The notes under the pieces are model-generated. The model was not told where the DNA came from and did not search any database. It worked only from the letters and a program-made list of their open reading frames with translations. Both the position numbers and the translations under genes were made by a program. From Syncephalis fuscata S228 (lineage: Eukaryota > Fungi > Zoopagomycota), in contig JAHLTZ010000012.1 in NCBI GenBank assembly GCA_025786725.1, positions 372,001 through 436,000 of the forward strand: a stretch of DNA of 64,000 nucleotides, read 5' to 3'. This document shows positions 1-16,700 of the stretch, piece after piece; the first letter of the stretch is position 1, and the number at the start of each line of letters is the position of its first letter.

Positions 1-3136
<3,136 letters not shown>

Positions 3137-3446
3137 CTAATGAGTCAGTGTAATAGAACAATAAACCAAAGATGTATAAATATATAACGATGGAAATAAA
3201 AGGAAAGGCCCAAATAGTAAACAATAACAATAAAACAACAACAACAATAATTATCTATAATATAAATAGATTAATTAAAAGACCTTTTATTAACATCGAA
3301 TCTATTTTATTACGAAAACATCACGTCATAACCGTAATAATATTCACTCACTGTATCACGGTTTAACTTCTCTTTTTCTACTCTTTCTACTCTTCTAGCT
3401 CTACCACTAGTGTTTATTATTGTTATTGTTATTGGTAGTAAAGAGA

Positions 3447-6400
3447 ATGGCGCCTAGTGCCGGCCACCCAACTAGTAGCAGTATCACTACTAATACTGCC
3501 ACACCATCTATTACGGTGTCATCGCCACCCGTGTCTAATAAACATAACAACCAAGAACCCATTCTATACGATGCCGATGTGATTGCCGAATGGTCGCCGG
3601 ACGACGAAGCAGCCGCTTCACTTGCCCATACAGCCGGTACTTCAATTGCTGAACTGCCTAAACGTATGCTTAATAAGGTGCGACAAAAGATCACTCGGCC
3701 ATTGGACGGTTCTAGCGGTATTGCCGTGAATCTACACGAACAATGGTCACAACGACGCGGCGACTGGCCCATCGCCCTATCACCCGATGGTCGGGCCCTC
3801 GCAGTTTGGAGGGACACAACACTTGAACTACGCTATGCCGATGATGGATTTAGTATTGCTCGTGCTACTATTACTACATCTGAAGATGAATTACCATTAT
3901 GGCGTCAACTTACATGGTCACTCGATGGACAACTATTGGCCTTTACCGGTAGTGATGCTATAGTGCAAATCATTGATTTATCTGGTCATCTACTATGGCG
4001 ACTTGCTTCTACTCGATCCAGTCAGTCAGGAACGAGTGCCGTATTACCCATTGATATATCTACTGATGTTAATACTAATGCATCTATATCTACAGCAACT
4101 GCTACATCGACATCGACAACAGCAGCAACAGATACAATAACAGTTATGGAACCCATGGCGGCACTAATATTCAAATCGCCACGTAATTTAATTGATCATC
4201 ATTCTACTACTTTGTTATTCACTCATGAACTATTAACTATTGCTTGTGATGGTACACTTTGTTGTTTCCAATTAAAATATTCGCCTAATGAAAGTTTTGG
4301 TAAACGGAAACGTGATGATGAATCGTCACTATCATCCTCATCTTCCACTAGTGCAAGCACGGCATCAGCTATATTGCGACATACCTTCTCCTTCTCTTCT
4401 ACATATTCAATAGTGACAACAGCAACTTATATTCCAGATAAGGATGTTCTATGTGTAGCTGGATGGCCACTTACTACTACTGGATCCAATTTATCAGAAA
4501 ATGTTACGTCTAACACATCTACCAGTACTACTTCAGCCTCGCTACTCGTCTTTTGGCAATTCACCAATCGTTCTCCTTATTATAAGTTAATAGTATCCTC
4601 GAATGCGATAACTGCTCCATCTTCCAAATCGTTGATATCAACAATTAATGAACGCGAAGAACATGTAGTGGATAAATTACGCGATATGTGGACCCGTTGG
4701 CGATTACCAGGCAGTGAAACTGTTCCATTATTAATCCATCTTGTATCGGTATCGCCATTAGGAAATGCTATTGCCACATTGGCCATCGATGGAGAGATTT
4801 CAGTATGGCAATTGGATAATGAACGTGCACTAACAATGCGTATTAAATGGACACGTAATCAATTACAACACTTGATAGAACAGGCTATTGAAGATGATAC
4901 AGAAAGTGCACCATTACCGGATACCGTTATTAGTCTTTATTGGTGGGATAAAGACCGTCTTATTATTGGATTTGCATCTGGCATTATTGCTGCTGTATCG
5001 ATTGATGATACAACATGTACCAATTGTTTAGGCAATAAGCCATTACGTCTACGTACAAGTGCACCATTGATATGCCATTCTACATTTGGTGCTTTAGTAC
5101 TTGAAAAGGATATTGCCACTTCTCGTGTACGCATACAAGGTGACCGTATCTATATCTCATCCTCCAGTGATGACAACAACGATGGCCATATCAATAGTGA
5201 CGATGAATTAGCGAGTACACTTACCACTTCTAGTAGTGGCTATCAAGCATTAGTACAATTATCAAAGATGGCTGTTCATTCACTTGCTTATCTTACTGAT
5301 ACATTTCTATGGCAATTTGAGAATGATGCATGGAAAGCAGCTCGTGGTCGATATGTTACATTTGAACGACGTACTTTCCGCCTCATTGTTATCCTACAAA
5401 TATCACCGGCTGAGTTAATGCAACGACATATTGCTCTAATGGAATACGATGAAGCATTACATCTGGCCCATAAACATCATTTAAATGCTGATCCTATTTA
5501 TCAAGCCAGATGGCTCGATGCCGATGTTTGTGAAACATCTATTGAGCAGTATTTGTCACAGATCAAACATCGTTTATGGGTATTGGATAGTTGTTTGACA
5601 CGTGTACCATTTACACCAGAAGCCATGCGTCTATTAATAGATTATGGACTAGAACGGACACAATTGCCACTACGAGAGAAATTAAGCGATTATACGGAAG
5701 AAGAGTTGATTATTTGGCAATATCGATGGAAATTACTTGACTATTCAGATCGACTTGAAACGTGGAAGTTAATCGCTGCTGACCGAGTAGATGACGTATC
5801 ATTTGTAGATGATTATGCGTATTTCCGTAATGTCAACTTAGTGGCTCAGTCTATTGAATATGCATATCAAGGTTTATTTTCTGCATTGACTATTCTATTT
5901 GAACGACACACAGTAATATTGCGTCCATTTAGACTATTTATACTTAATCAAATACCGGAAAGTATTTCACCTGAACTGTATCAACATTTATTGCCGCGTG
6001 TTCATATGAATGATGTTACGGGTCATAGTGAGGAGATAACTGCTTGGTCTAGTCATCCATGGCGTGTTCATGATATATTACCACTAGAAATGGAGAAAGC
6101 ACTAAAGCAATCAGTGGGCTGGTTAGATGATGCTCATGATTTGGGATTTGCTTCATTTCCTATTTCAAGTACCGAATATCCAGCTACTACTGATCAGTTA
6201 ACTACGTGGTATAAAGAACGGGCCCGTAATATTGATGAAGTATCTGGTCGACTTGATTATGCTCAATTATTACTAGAATTGGGTATTACTAATAAGGTGG
6301 ATCATTTAACGCTTTTAATTGAAGATGCAAAGTTTCTATATCAACTATGTTATGTGCAACGACCAACTTCATTAACCTGGACCGGTCAAACATTACGTTT

Positions 6401-9400
6401 ATTTGAACGATCGCCAATTACATCCACACTGTCACTAATGTTCTCTCGTGTATTATCTGATCAAATAGTGGATGTATTACATCAATTAGCTATACCATAT
6501 CTACAACATCGACAACAATATCCACGATTAATGAGTATTGAAGAGGGTGAAGAGGGTGAAGAAGGCGAACAGATCCATGGCATGCGTTAATTCAAGTCAT
6601 ATTATCAATGGCTCATGATCAATTGGCCAGTAGTGGTCGTTTATGTCTAGCATTGGCATCGGATGAAATGGCCACTATTTGTCCAATTACTACATCTACA
6701 TTAAATAAGATGTTGTTATCTATCATTTATACCGAATCTACAAGTCTAATATTTAGAAAGGATAAAGAAACAGAAGCGACATTTATGGCGTGTATTGATC
6801 TAGTCCATCGTCAACTATCATTGAATCTATCTAAAGAAGAAGAAGAGGAAGAGGAGGAAGAAAAGAGGACACTATCTTTAGTAGATGTATCTGAATTACC
6901 GAATACATTTCCTGAAACGTTATTTACTTATTTAATGACATTGAATCCAGAAAAGAAAGAAGAAAATCAATCTAAATATTTGGCCCTTCAATATTGGTTA
7001 AAACGGCATAAACAATCGTATGAACTACTTAATCAGTATCATATAAATGTATCATTTTATGATTTATGGCAATCTATTGGTCATCGTATACAACAAAAGT
7101 CATTAATGCATCGATTGATTGAAAAGGCCTGTTTATTATCTGGGCCTAGTAATGAAATGGAAGATGAAGCACGTATTCGGTCCTTGTTAAATACACTGGA
7201 ACAACTTTATGATCTTGGTATATTTGAACAATTATCAAAAGATCAAATGATTGAAGAATATTTCAGTCTATTATTAAGTCGTGGCTGTATCCTTTTTACT
7301 ACTTGTATTACTTATATTACTTTATTATTAATAGTTATGAATTAATGAATGAATGATTATAGTTATTAATGCCTCTAAATTGGTGTTATTACCGCATTCG
7401 GGTGAATCACCATTAAATATGGAGGCTATTGAACGACTTGTATTAAATGCCGCTCGTGATTATTACAATAATGCAGATACTGGCGATAAAGATTCAGGAT
7501 TAATGAAAAAGGCCCTATTATGGTAATAGTACTGGTATTCATATCAATAGTTATTAATATTGCTATGTTTATATAGTCTTCATATGTTACCGGTGACCAA
7601 TAATGTACAAAAAGAACTAGATTTAATTGATATTGCCTATGATATCTATCGATATGCACCCAATATTGCGCCTATTCAGATTAGATTTGCACCTTCTCGA
7701 TTAAATTTGATTCAATTGTTAATTGAAGAGAATTCACAAACATATGAACAAATGGAACGATCTATAAAGACATTAAGTGTCACGGCCGATGCACTACTTG
7801 TTAAACTGGGCTGTCAACAACAACTAGCGGCCCAATTAACTATATTTACTTCGCTATTACGAGTGGCCATTCAACGTAGGAATAAGGAAATGGCCACTGC
7901 AACAGCCGATCAATTATATCGTATTATGAAACAACATCCATTTAATGATTTAAACAATATTGATCGATATATCACGCAAGTAGAGGAAGAATTGAGTACT
8001 TGGCAGACTGGATGGAAGTGTATACGGTCATGGTCAACGATGGATGATCTGTTGTCATTAGATGAACAATTGTACCAATCAAGTCGTCTACTTGAAATAT
8101 GTCCATCAGATGCTCTTACTGATACACTGGAAGAATGGCATCGTATTAAAGAGGCCCAACAACCATCGACACTATTATGTCAAGATGAAACGTTGGCGTT
8201 AACATTTAATGAAATGACAACACCATCACTAGAACAGTCGCTCACCTATCATGAATTCTATCAACCAAGTATTGTATCAAGTGAACGGGAAACTATTGAT
8301 CCAATTGATCTACGTTATCATCGATGGATAGTGGATCAACTAACCAAGAGTTCAACTAATCAATTAACGGTTAAACAAGCCAATAGTAATATTGAGGCGT
8401 ATATGGCATCAGTACGTGGACGAGATCATGCTTTATGGCTATCGGAGCAGTTATGGCATCAAAATATAGTAAGTAATTACTAATTAAAATAGATTGAAAT
8501 TAATCATATTGATTAGCCTGGACCAAATACATTTGAAACATCGCCTTATGAAGCAATGCTTATGGCATATGGAATTGGTCTACAATGTATTGCCCAATTA
8601 GTGCCGCTTGAAGAATGTCGATCTATTTCAGAATATTCAAGTGGCGATGTATTTAAACTGATTCAACAATGGTGTCAATCAACAGAGACGTCATTTAAAG
8701 ATACAGAACTGTATAGACTGGCGACAAAAGCGAATGAATACTTGAAATTGGCCCAATCAAGCCAAGAAAGTGATTTAATTAAAGTGAGTAGTGTATAGAT
8801 GAACAACTAGCTACATGACTAATAGATGATTTAGCATTTGAGTGCCGTTCGATCCGTGGATGTTAATCGATTTGAAGTGGAGATGGACTATGCTAGACAT
8901 ATATTGACGAGTACTGCAGAAGAAGAGTTATCGTTCTCGTTAACCGTTCTATATACTTTGAGTAGTTTACGAGGTATAGATGAGGAAGAGGTAATGGCAT
9001 GGATGTAAATATTCAAACAGAACTAATTATAGCTGTATAGATATTAAAAGCACGACTCAATGGTCTATTTAATCCAAAGCATCCATTTGATGTATTTTTA
9101 AGTCAAATAGCTATTATGAAAAATATAGCAAAAACCAATGCTACACAATTCCATAATGCGCTGATTGCTCTTTATCCAACCGTAAGTTTATAGCCTATAG
9201 TATTATAGCTACCAGTAATAATAATATGGACATTATTAGATACTTGGTACACAACATGGATTGTTGCGTCAATTCTTTATTCTTTATCAAACATGTCAGA
9301 ATGAATTAAAGGCAAGTATTTTTATTTATTATTTAATATAGTAATAACAATGGGTCATTTAGGCGGATTTAAAGGATAAACAACAGATAACCCTTCGTAT

Positions 9401-11734
9401 TCAGTTACTGGGTGAATTGGTTGCGGCATCTGCCTTGGATAAACTTGATTTCCATATATTAGTTGAAGTTGGTCACACAGGCAATATTGAACGATTACAT
9501 GAAGCGTATAAAGAGCTGTTATCTGAAGAGACAGTCTTTACACTAGCTGCTCTTAGTCCTAGGTAATAGTTTAACAATACTACTTATCATTTAATACTAA
9601 TGAATATTGTTATATAGTGTTCAGTCTTTAGTAGCTATTAAGTCACTAGATGCTACTGATACATGGACAGTGCCAGAATCACGTAGTGAATGGACTGAAA
9701 GTGAATTAGAAAGCTATGTTTATGTATGGTTTATTGTATCGCTATTTGACAATATAACCGCGCTAGATGGGTCATCTACCGACTGGTCAAGGTAAGTAGA
9801 TGTATACCTATATACATATTAATATTAATATTGATATGATTGTTAATGGTTAGTGTGGTCGAGTCATTTGAATCATTACTTGATTTCATTCTTGTGCCAC
9901 ATCTTATTGAGCTGTTAAATAATTATGTTTATAAGGCGAGTTTAGTTTTATCTATTTATTTAACTGTTACTTACTTTAATATAGTCAACCAAAGTTAGTA
10001 TTCCATTAGAGATTCGTGCCCGATTAGTGGCATCAGTACAATCTATTGCACCACAGAATGATAAAGAAACGACAGAAGTAATTAAACGATATGATTAATA
10101 TATTCAAATTAATGAATGAATTTAAATAGAAACTTGACAAGATGGCCCAGCATATTCAAAAGATTATTCAAATATCACAATATTCAGATCCAATTCTAGG
10201 CACATCAATATCTTCAAAATGGTTACAGGCACTTGATAATTGTCTTATTGAATCAGAACCGGTAATTATTATTATTTATTTAGCTATCTTTTTAATTAAT
10301 ATCAATTAGATTGATGCCATTCTTGTTAATGCATTGCTGGATGGTGCATCCCCTCTTATTATTGATGAGATTCTACATGAAATAGCACCATTTACACCAA
10401 CCACGGTGGATATCTATGAATTGGCATGGCAGCAAGTAGTAGAAAGTGAAGATGATGTAGTTGAACGATTAACGGCATTAATCTCATCGATGGCTCGTTA
10501 TGACACAGCCGACTATCCACAAATAGAATTGATTCATGGCATATTAGATGAGAAATTAAGAAGTTTTGTACTTGATAGTAGTCGGTTATCAGTTGAAGAC
10601 CGTGTTAAAGTATTTGATCTGATTGATAAGGTAATTAGCTATAAATATATAGATAAATATGGATAATGATTATAATTATAAAATAATTAGTATGGTATTA
10701 CTAATGGAGCAACTGAAACAACCTCCGAATTAGCATCGATTAAAATATTTGCTTTAATCGAGAATGTTTGGCAAACAAAGGTATATATAGTTATTTTATA
10801 TCAATTTATATTAACATATTTATTTGAAATTAGATATCATTAGAAGATATCAAGACGGGTGCTGATAAGCATAACTGGTTTGTAAATCAGTTAACTACCA
10901 TGACCACGACAACAATCCAATGTCAGACTTTATTACGTATTTTGATAAGTTGGTCAGATGATGATTTGAGTGAAAAGATGTCAAGCGATGACATGCTTGA
11001 TTGTTGGTGCCGTTTAATAGATTGGATGATATCACAACAAGCATACACTTGGTGTTATGCAACACGTCTTTATCTTTATAAACGAGAAGAATTGGATTTT
11101 GATGAGGTAATTAGTTTATGATTACAACGACATACAAATAGTTAATCGTTTAATTTAGTTGGATCGACGAGTGCTCGATTTATTAGCAACATCTACAACA
11201 GGTCATGTGCCTTATCTGTACTATTGCTTATTGGCAAGTGATTTACAACTAGTTGCAAAGGCGGTGACAGATATACGCGCTGATTTTATGGATACTCAAA
11301 AGGCTGAGACTTTATTGTCAGATGTGGATCTACCGATTTTACTTTGTGCACGTAGTATGATAACTGAATTGGTGTCAACACCTATGCTAGCCAGTGCTAT
11401 TGATAGTATGTTTGTATGTCCATGTCGACAAGAACAAGAACAAAAGCAGCATGCATGGCGTCGTCTACTTATTGGACAGGTAGCGCTGAATATGGAATTG
11501 GCTGGTTATGATGAAATATCGGCTGATATAGCTGCACGTTATCTTCAATTGCCCAATCATGTGGACAGTCTAGCTGTACGTGCCAGTATACAACGAGCAA
11601 TGGAAACGGCTGCTACAAATGCGGAACACGAAGCTCATGCAGAACACTGGCAACCACCGCTTATCTATCAACTGGATAATTCAATAGACCGACACACACT
11701 GCATCGATGGATGGTTCATCAATTTATGCAATAA
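3447..11734 (+). CDS. SEC39: Sec39/NBAS-like ER tethering protein (N-terminal beta-propeller plus long helical region); multi-exon, apparent frameshift near 6570
   Basis: ATG at 3447 with WD40-like repeats, then an NBAS-like block (PAELMQRHI..EYDEALHLA..L.AD.IYQ..W..WVL..C..RVP..YGL). Many 3' exons with GT-AG introns. Reading continues in another frame (DPWHALIQVILS) after ~6570. Confidence 0.8.
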
Positions 11735-11903
11735 ATAGAGCAATTAACATTGCTTGATAGCTTGTTTAAAATAAAAAATAAAAAATCATTTCTATTAATA
11801 TTTTTCGTTTTAAAATTGATAAATGAATATGTTGAAAAATATCATTTAGTACTGTTACCTTCTCTGCATATGCTTACGTGTATCATCTAAATGTAAATGA
11901 TAT

Positions 11904-13790
11904 TACTACATTCCCAAATGTAAAACCAAAAGATGTACAAGTAAAAGCATCAAGTATATATTTAATTATTTAATACACACTGCCAATTATAATAGTTCAA
12001 CAGGTGCTATTATTTCTTATTAAAAAGCTTGAGTTGCTTTTGATTGATAAAAAGAATGTCGTTGCTACAAAATCAGTAATAAAATGAATTGGATTATAAA
12101 AAGCATATTTATTGTTAGTTGAGTAACAGTATTATGTATTTATAATATTGTTGAGTAATAAAAGCTAAAAATGCCTGATAAGAAAAAGCTAATTACAATA
12201 AATGCAACAATTTTAATTTAAACTTTGCTTATTTACGTAATTTAGTCAATTGTAGCAATATTAACAGCAATGTCAATTGTGTTTCATTTGTCAATAGACT
12301 TTTAATAATATACTGGTGGCAAATGCAACTAAAAAATACAAAACAAAAATATAATATGTAAAATTAGTAATAGTAGTAGTAAAACAGTAGTTAATGCTGT
12401 AATAAACATTTTTATTGAATAAATACAAGCTACTAATGAAACAGCTATTAAAGTAAATAATAAAATGTAATGCAAACAAAAATGATATAATTAGTAATTT
12501 TTTTAAAATATAAAATTGACCAACAGATAAAATTATACTGGTTTGTTTAAAGCGTTTCAGATATCAGATTTAGCAATTAAACAATTTTGAATTACATGAA
12601 AGTATTATTGCTTTGATTAACTTAAATCAGTTAGTTGGTGTATTAAGCAAGAGCGAAGATATGCAAAATAAAGCCGTCAACATGACATTTGTCGTTGATA
12701 AACTAGAACAATCTGTTTATAACATTCATTTTAAACATTGCAGTAGTTGCTCCAATATTCTAATTTAGAAAAGTCATGGGACATGGCAAAAGAGGCTTAT
12801 AAGGGCGCTGTGGTGGATTATTCAACCACTTGATTTGTATCAAATCTTATGATGTTTTTATTAACTAAATAAAAATAACTTTTTCAGCAATATTAAGCAC
12901 ACTGTCCTTTATTTAAGGTAATTTGGTAGTTAAATGGCTATAATACCCACACATTTAAACTAAATAGCTGTTTTATTGAAGATGAAACCGGGTGGTGAGT
13001 GTCATTAATTATTAAACTATTTATTATTATTATTGTACTATACATAGCTATTCTGTATACACATACTATATGTCCATCTATATTAATAATATTGTAAATT
13101 GCAAAAACTATATTAACAAAGCTAAAATTTTATTGCTAAATGTATTCTTTAGTAGATTTTGATTCATTTTGTTTATTAATCTTAGTCAATTGCATCAGTA
13201 TAGTTTCGCTATTACTATTCACGTATTTGATTTGTCTATTTATTTTGTTTTATAATATTCTATGCTTTGTTGCCATGTTTTATTAAATAAGCGTCTTTAT
13301 TCTAATTTCAGCATACTATTATTTGGCTATATGATAATGATAGCTTTGTTACTATCCATACCAATCTATGCCTATAGCTTACACGATATAATTATACACA
13401 TTTTGTTATTTTAACTATTTAATTAATAGTTAATCATTGAATGCAAATAGGACATGATTATAGATTTATCAATTTGATTGTATATAGTTAAGATGGAACC
13501 ATAGATTTATTACTATAAGCTTGCACAGTTGAATAGAAACAACTGATTGCAATCTTGTTGATAAAATAATGATCTCATTGATTAAAGACTGGATAAACCG
13601 GAGCATTGGCCAAAACTTGATATATAAATAGACTGGACGGCGTAGTTGTCAAATGATCTTGCTTTTCACCGAATATATACTATAGTGTATTGGAATAGTG
13701 GCTCAATTGCACTACCAATGCTGATGCCTTGAAACTGTCGATTATGCTGTATTTACAAATAAAATATTATATGCCATTAATTAATTTATA
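11904..13790. repeat. Downstream arm of micro-exon cassette A; inverted near-identical copy at ~54220-56091
   Basis: TACTACATTCCCAAATGTAAAACC at 11904 is the reverse complement of the sequence ending at 56091, and colinear reverse-complement matches continue through the arm. Confidence 0.93.
12160..12450 (+). repeat. ~290-bp diverged direct repeat; second copy ~19785-20075
   Basis: AAAAGCTAAAAATGCCTGATAAGAAAA...AATTACAATAAATGCAAC...CTAATGAAA.AGCTATTA occurs at both positions. Confidence 0.85.
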
Positions 13791-16700
13791 AATCAGTTAA
13801 TATACAATACTACTTACGTCCTATTAATATTAAATTATGAATACACAAAATAAATAGCATGTAATTAGTGAGTAATCAATTTATATACAGTAAAAATTAC
13901 CGCCTATTAATATTGGGTAATTGATATCATCAGTAAATAGCATGCAATTAGTTCATTGCTAATTAATATACGATATTACTTACAGACTATTAATATTAAA
14001 TAATCGGTACAATCAGTAAATAGCATAGTTAATGTATAGTTAGTCAACATATGCTTTACTTACACCCTATTAATATTAAACAATTGGTGCAATTAGTAAA
14101 TAGTATAATTAATATATACTCAGTCGATATACAATAACACTTACTATCTATTAATATTAAATAATTGGTACAATAAGTAAATAGCAGTCAATGTATAGTC
14201 AATGTATATACAATACAACTTACAACCTATTAATATTAAATAATTGATAAAATCAGTAAATAGCATGGGATTAGTGGGTAATCAGGTAATATACAATATC
14301 GCTTACAAGCTATTAATATTAAATAATTGGTACAATCAGTAAATAGCAATTAATGTATAGTCAATTTATATAAAATATCGCTTACAAACTATTAATATTA
14401 AATAAGCAGTACAATTAGTAAATTGCATAGTCAATGTATAGTCAGTTAATATACGATACAACTTACTATCTATTAATATTAAATAATTAACACCATCAGT
14501 AAATAGCATGGTTAATGCATAGTCCGTTAATACACAATACAGCTTACTTCCTATTAATATTAAATAATTGGTACAATCAGTAAATATATAGTTAATGTAT
14601 AGCAAATTAATATACAATACAACTTACGACCTATTAATATTAAATAATTAATACAATCAGTAAATAGCATGTGATTAGTGAGTAGTTAATTAATATACAA
14701 TATCGCTTACATTCTATTAATATTAAATAATTAGTACAATCAGTAAATAGCATGGTTAATGTATAGTCAATTTATATACAATACAACTTACCCTCTATTT
14801 ATATTAAATAAGCAGTGCAATTAGTAAACTGCATAGTCAATGTATAGTTAATTAATATACAATAGCACTTACCCCCTATTATGTTAAGTTATTGATACAC
14901 ACAGCACATAGTATATGATTAGCCAATGTTCAATTAATATACAATATAACTTACAAGCTATTAATATTAAATAGTTGGTGTAACCAGTAAATAACATAGT
15001 TAATGCATAGTTAGTTAATATATAATACGTGGGGGATGTTGGTAGCTTAGTAGCTAAAGGCAGCGTCTTCCGAGCTGAAAACACCGAGTTTAAATCTCAG
15101 TTTAAATCAGTCCTTAAGTGGAAAAATCCCCAGTTTTCTCTAGTTAACAAATTGCAAACCAGAGCCCAATAAGTAGGTCCGAAAACAAGATCTTGGCCAG
15201 AATAGCCAAGGAAAAATCAATTGGAACCAACTTATATGGACCAGATTTGCGCAAAAACATGGCAGTCCACCCGTTAATTTAAAAAAGTTCAATATAGTGG
15301 GAAGCAGCGCAAATTCTTTAATTATGTGCAGCGGGGGCTCACAAGCTTTTCAAAATAAAAAATAAAAAATATACAATACTACTTACGCCCTATTAATATT
15401 AAATTATGAATACACAAAATAAATAGCATGCAATTAGCTTATAGTTAATTTATATACAATAAAAATTACCGCCTATTAATATTGAGCAATTGATATCAGC
15501 AGTAAATAACACGTGATTAATGTATAATTAGTCAATATACAATACCACTTACGATCTATTAATATTAGACAATCAGTGTAATCAGTAAATATATAGTTAA
15601 TATATACCAGTTAATATACAATGCCACTTACCCTCTATTAATATTAAACAATCAATGCAATCAGCAAATAGCATAGTTACTATATAGTTAATATACAATG
15701 CCACTTACGGTCTATTAATATTAAACAATTGGTGTAATCAGTAAATGGCGTGGTTAATGTGTAGTTAATTAATATACAATACAACTTACCCTCTATTAAT
15801 AGTAAACAATTGGTGTAATCATCAAATAGCATAGTTAATGTATATTTAATTAATATACAATACCACTTACTGCCTAGTAATATTAAATAATTGATACAAT
15901 CAGTAGATAGCAGTTAGTATATAATTAATCAATATACAATACAACTTACCCTCTATTCATATTAAATAATTAATACCATCAGTAAATAGCATAGTCAATC
16001 TATTCAATCAATAGACGATACCACTTACCCACTATTAATTTCAATAATTAATATCATCAGCAAATAACGTAATTATATATAGTCAGTTAATATACAATAC
16101 CACTTACTGCCTATTAATGTTAAAAAACCAGTGCAATCAATAAATAGTATGTGATTCGTGAGTAATCAATTAATATACAATATAACTTACATTCTATTAA
16201 TATTTGTTGATACACACAGTACATGGATATAATTAGTGAATAATTAGTTAATATACAATACAACTTACTGGCTATTGTATTGAATTGTTGATACACACAC
16301 AATACATGGATATAATTAGTGTGTAGTCAGTTAATACACAATGTTACTTGCCCACTATTTTATCAAATTATTGATACAAATAGTGTATGACACATGATTA
16401 ATTTATGTCAGTTGATGTACAACGCTACTTACTGCCTATTAGTATGAAGTTATTGATACACACAGCACATATATATGATACAATGTTCAATTAATATACA
16501 ATATAACTTACAAGCTATTAATATTAAATAGTTGGTGTAACCAGTAAATAACATAGTTAATGCATAGTTAGTTAATATATAATACGTGGGGGATGTTGGT
16601 AGCTTAGTAGCTAAAGGCAGCGTCTTCCGAGCTGAAAACACCGAGTTTAAATCTCAGTTTAAATCAGTCCTTAAGTGGAAAAATCCCCCAGTTTTCTCTA

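Noticed and set aside
15029-15110. Functional tRNA gene
   Set aside because: The B box is degenerate (GTTTAAAT), there is no clean acceptor stem, and it is followed by a long body, A-rich tail and TSD-like flanks; treated as a SINE head.
14366-16641. Short ORFs in the array (14366-14617, 14884-15084, 16120-16302, 16450-16641)
   Set aside because: Read-through translations of repeated intron and SINE sequence, with repetitive YCILxxY content.
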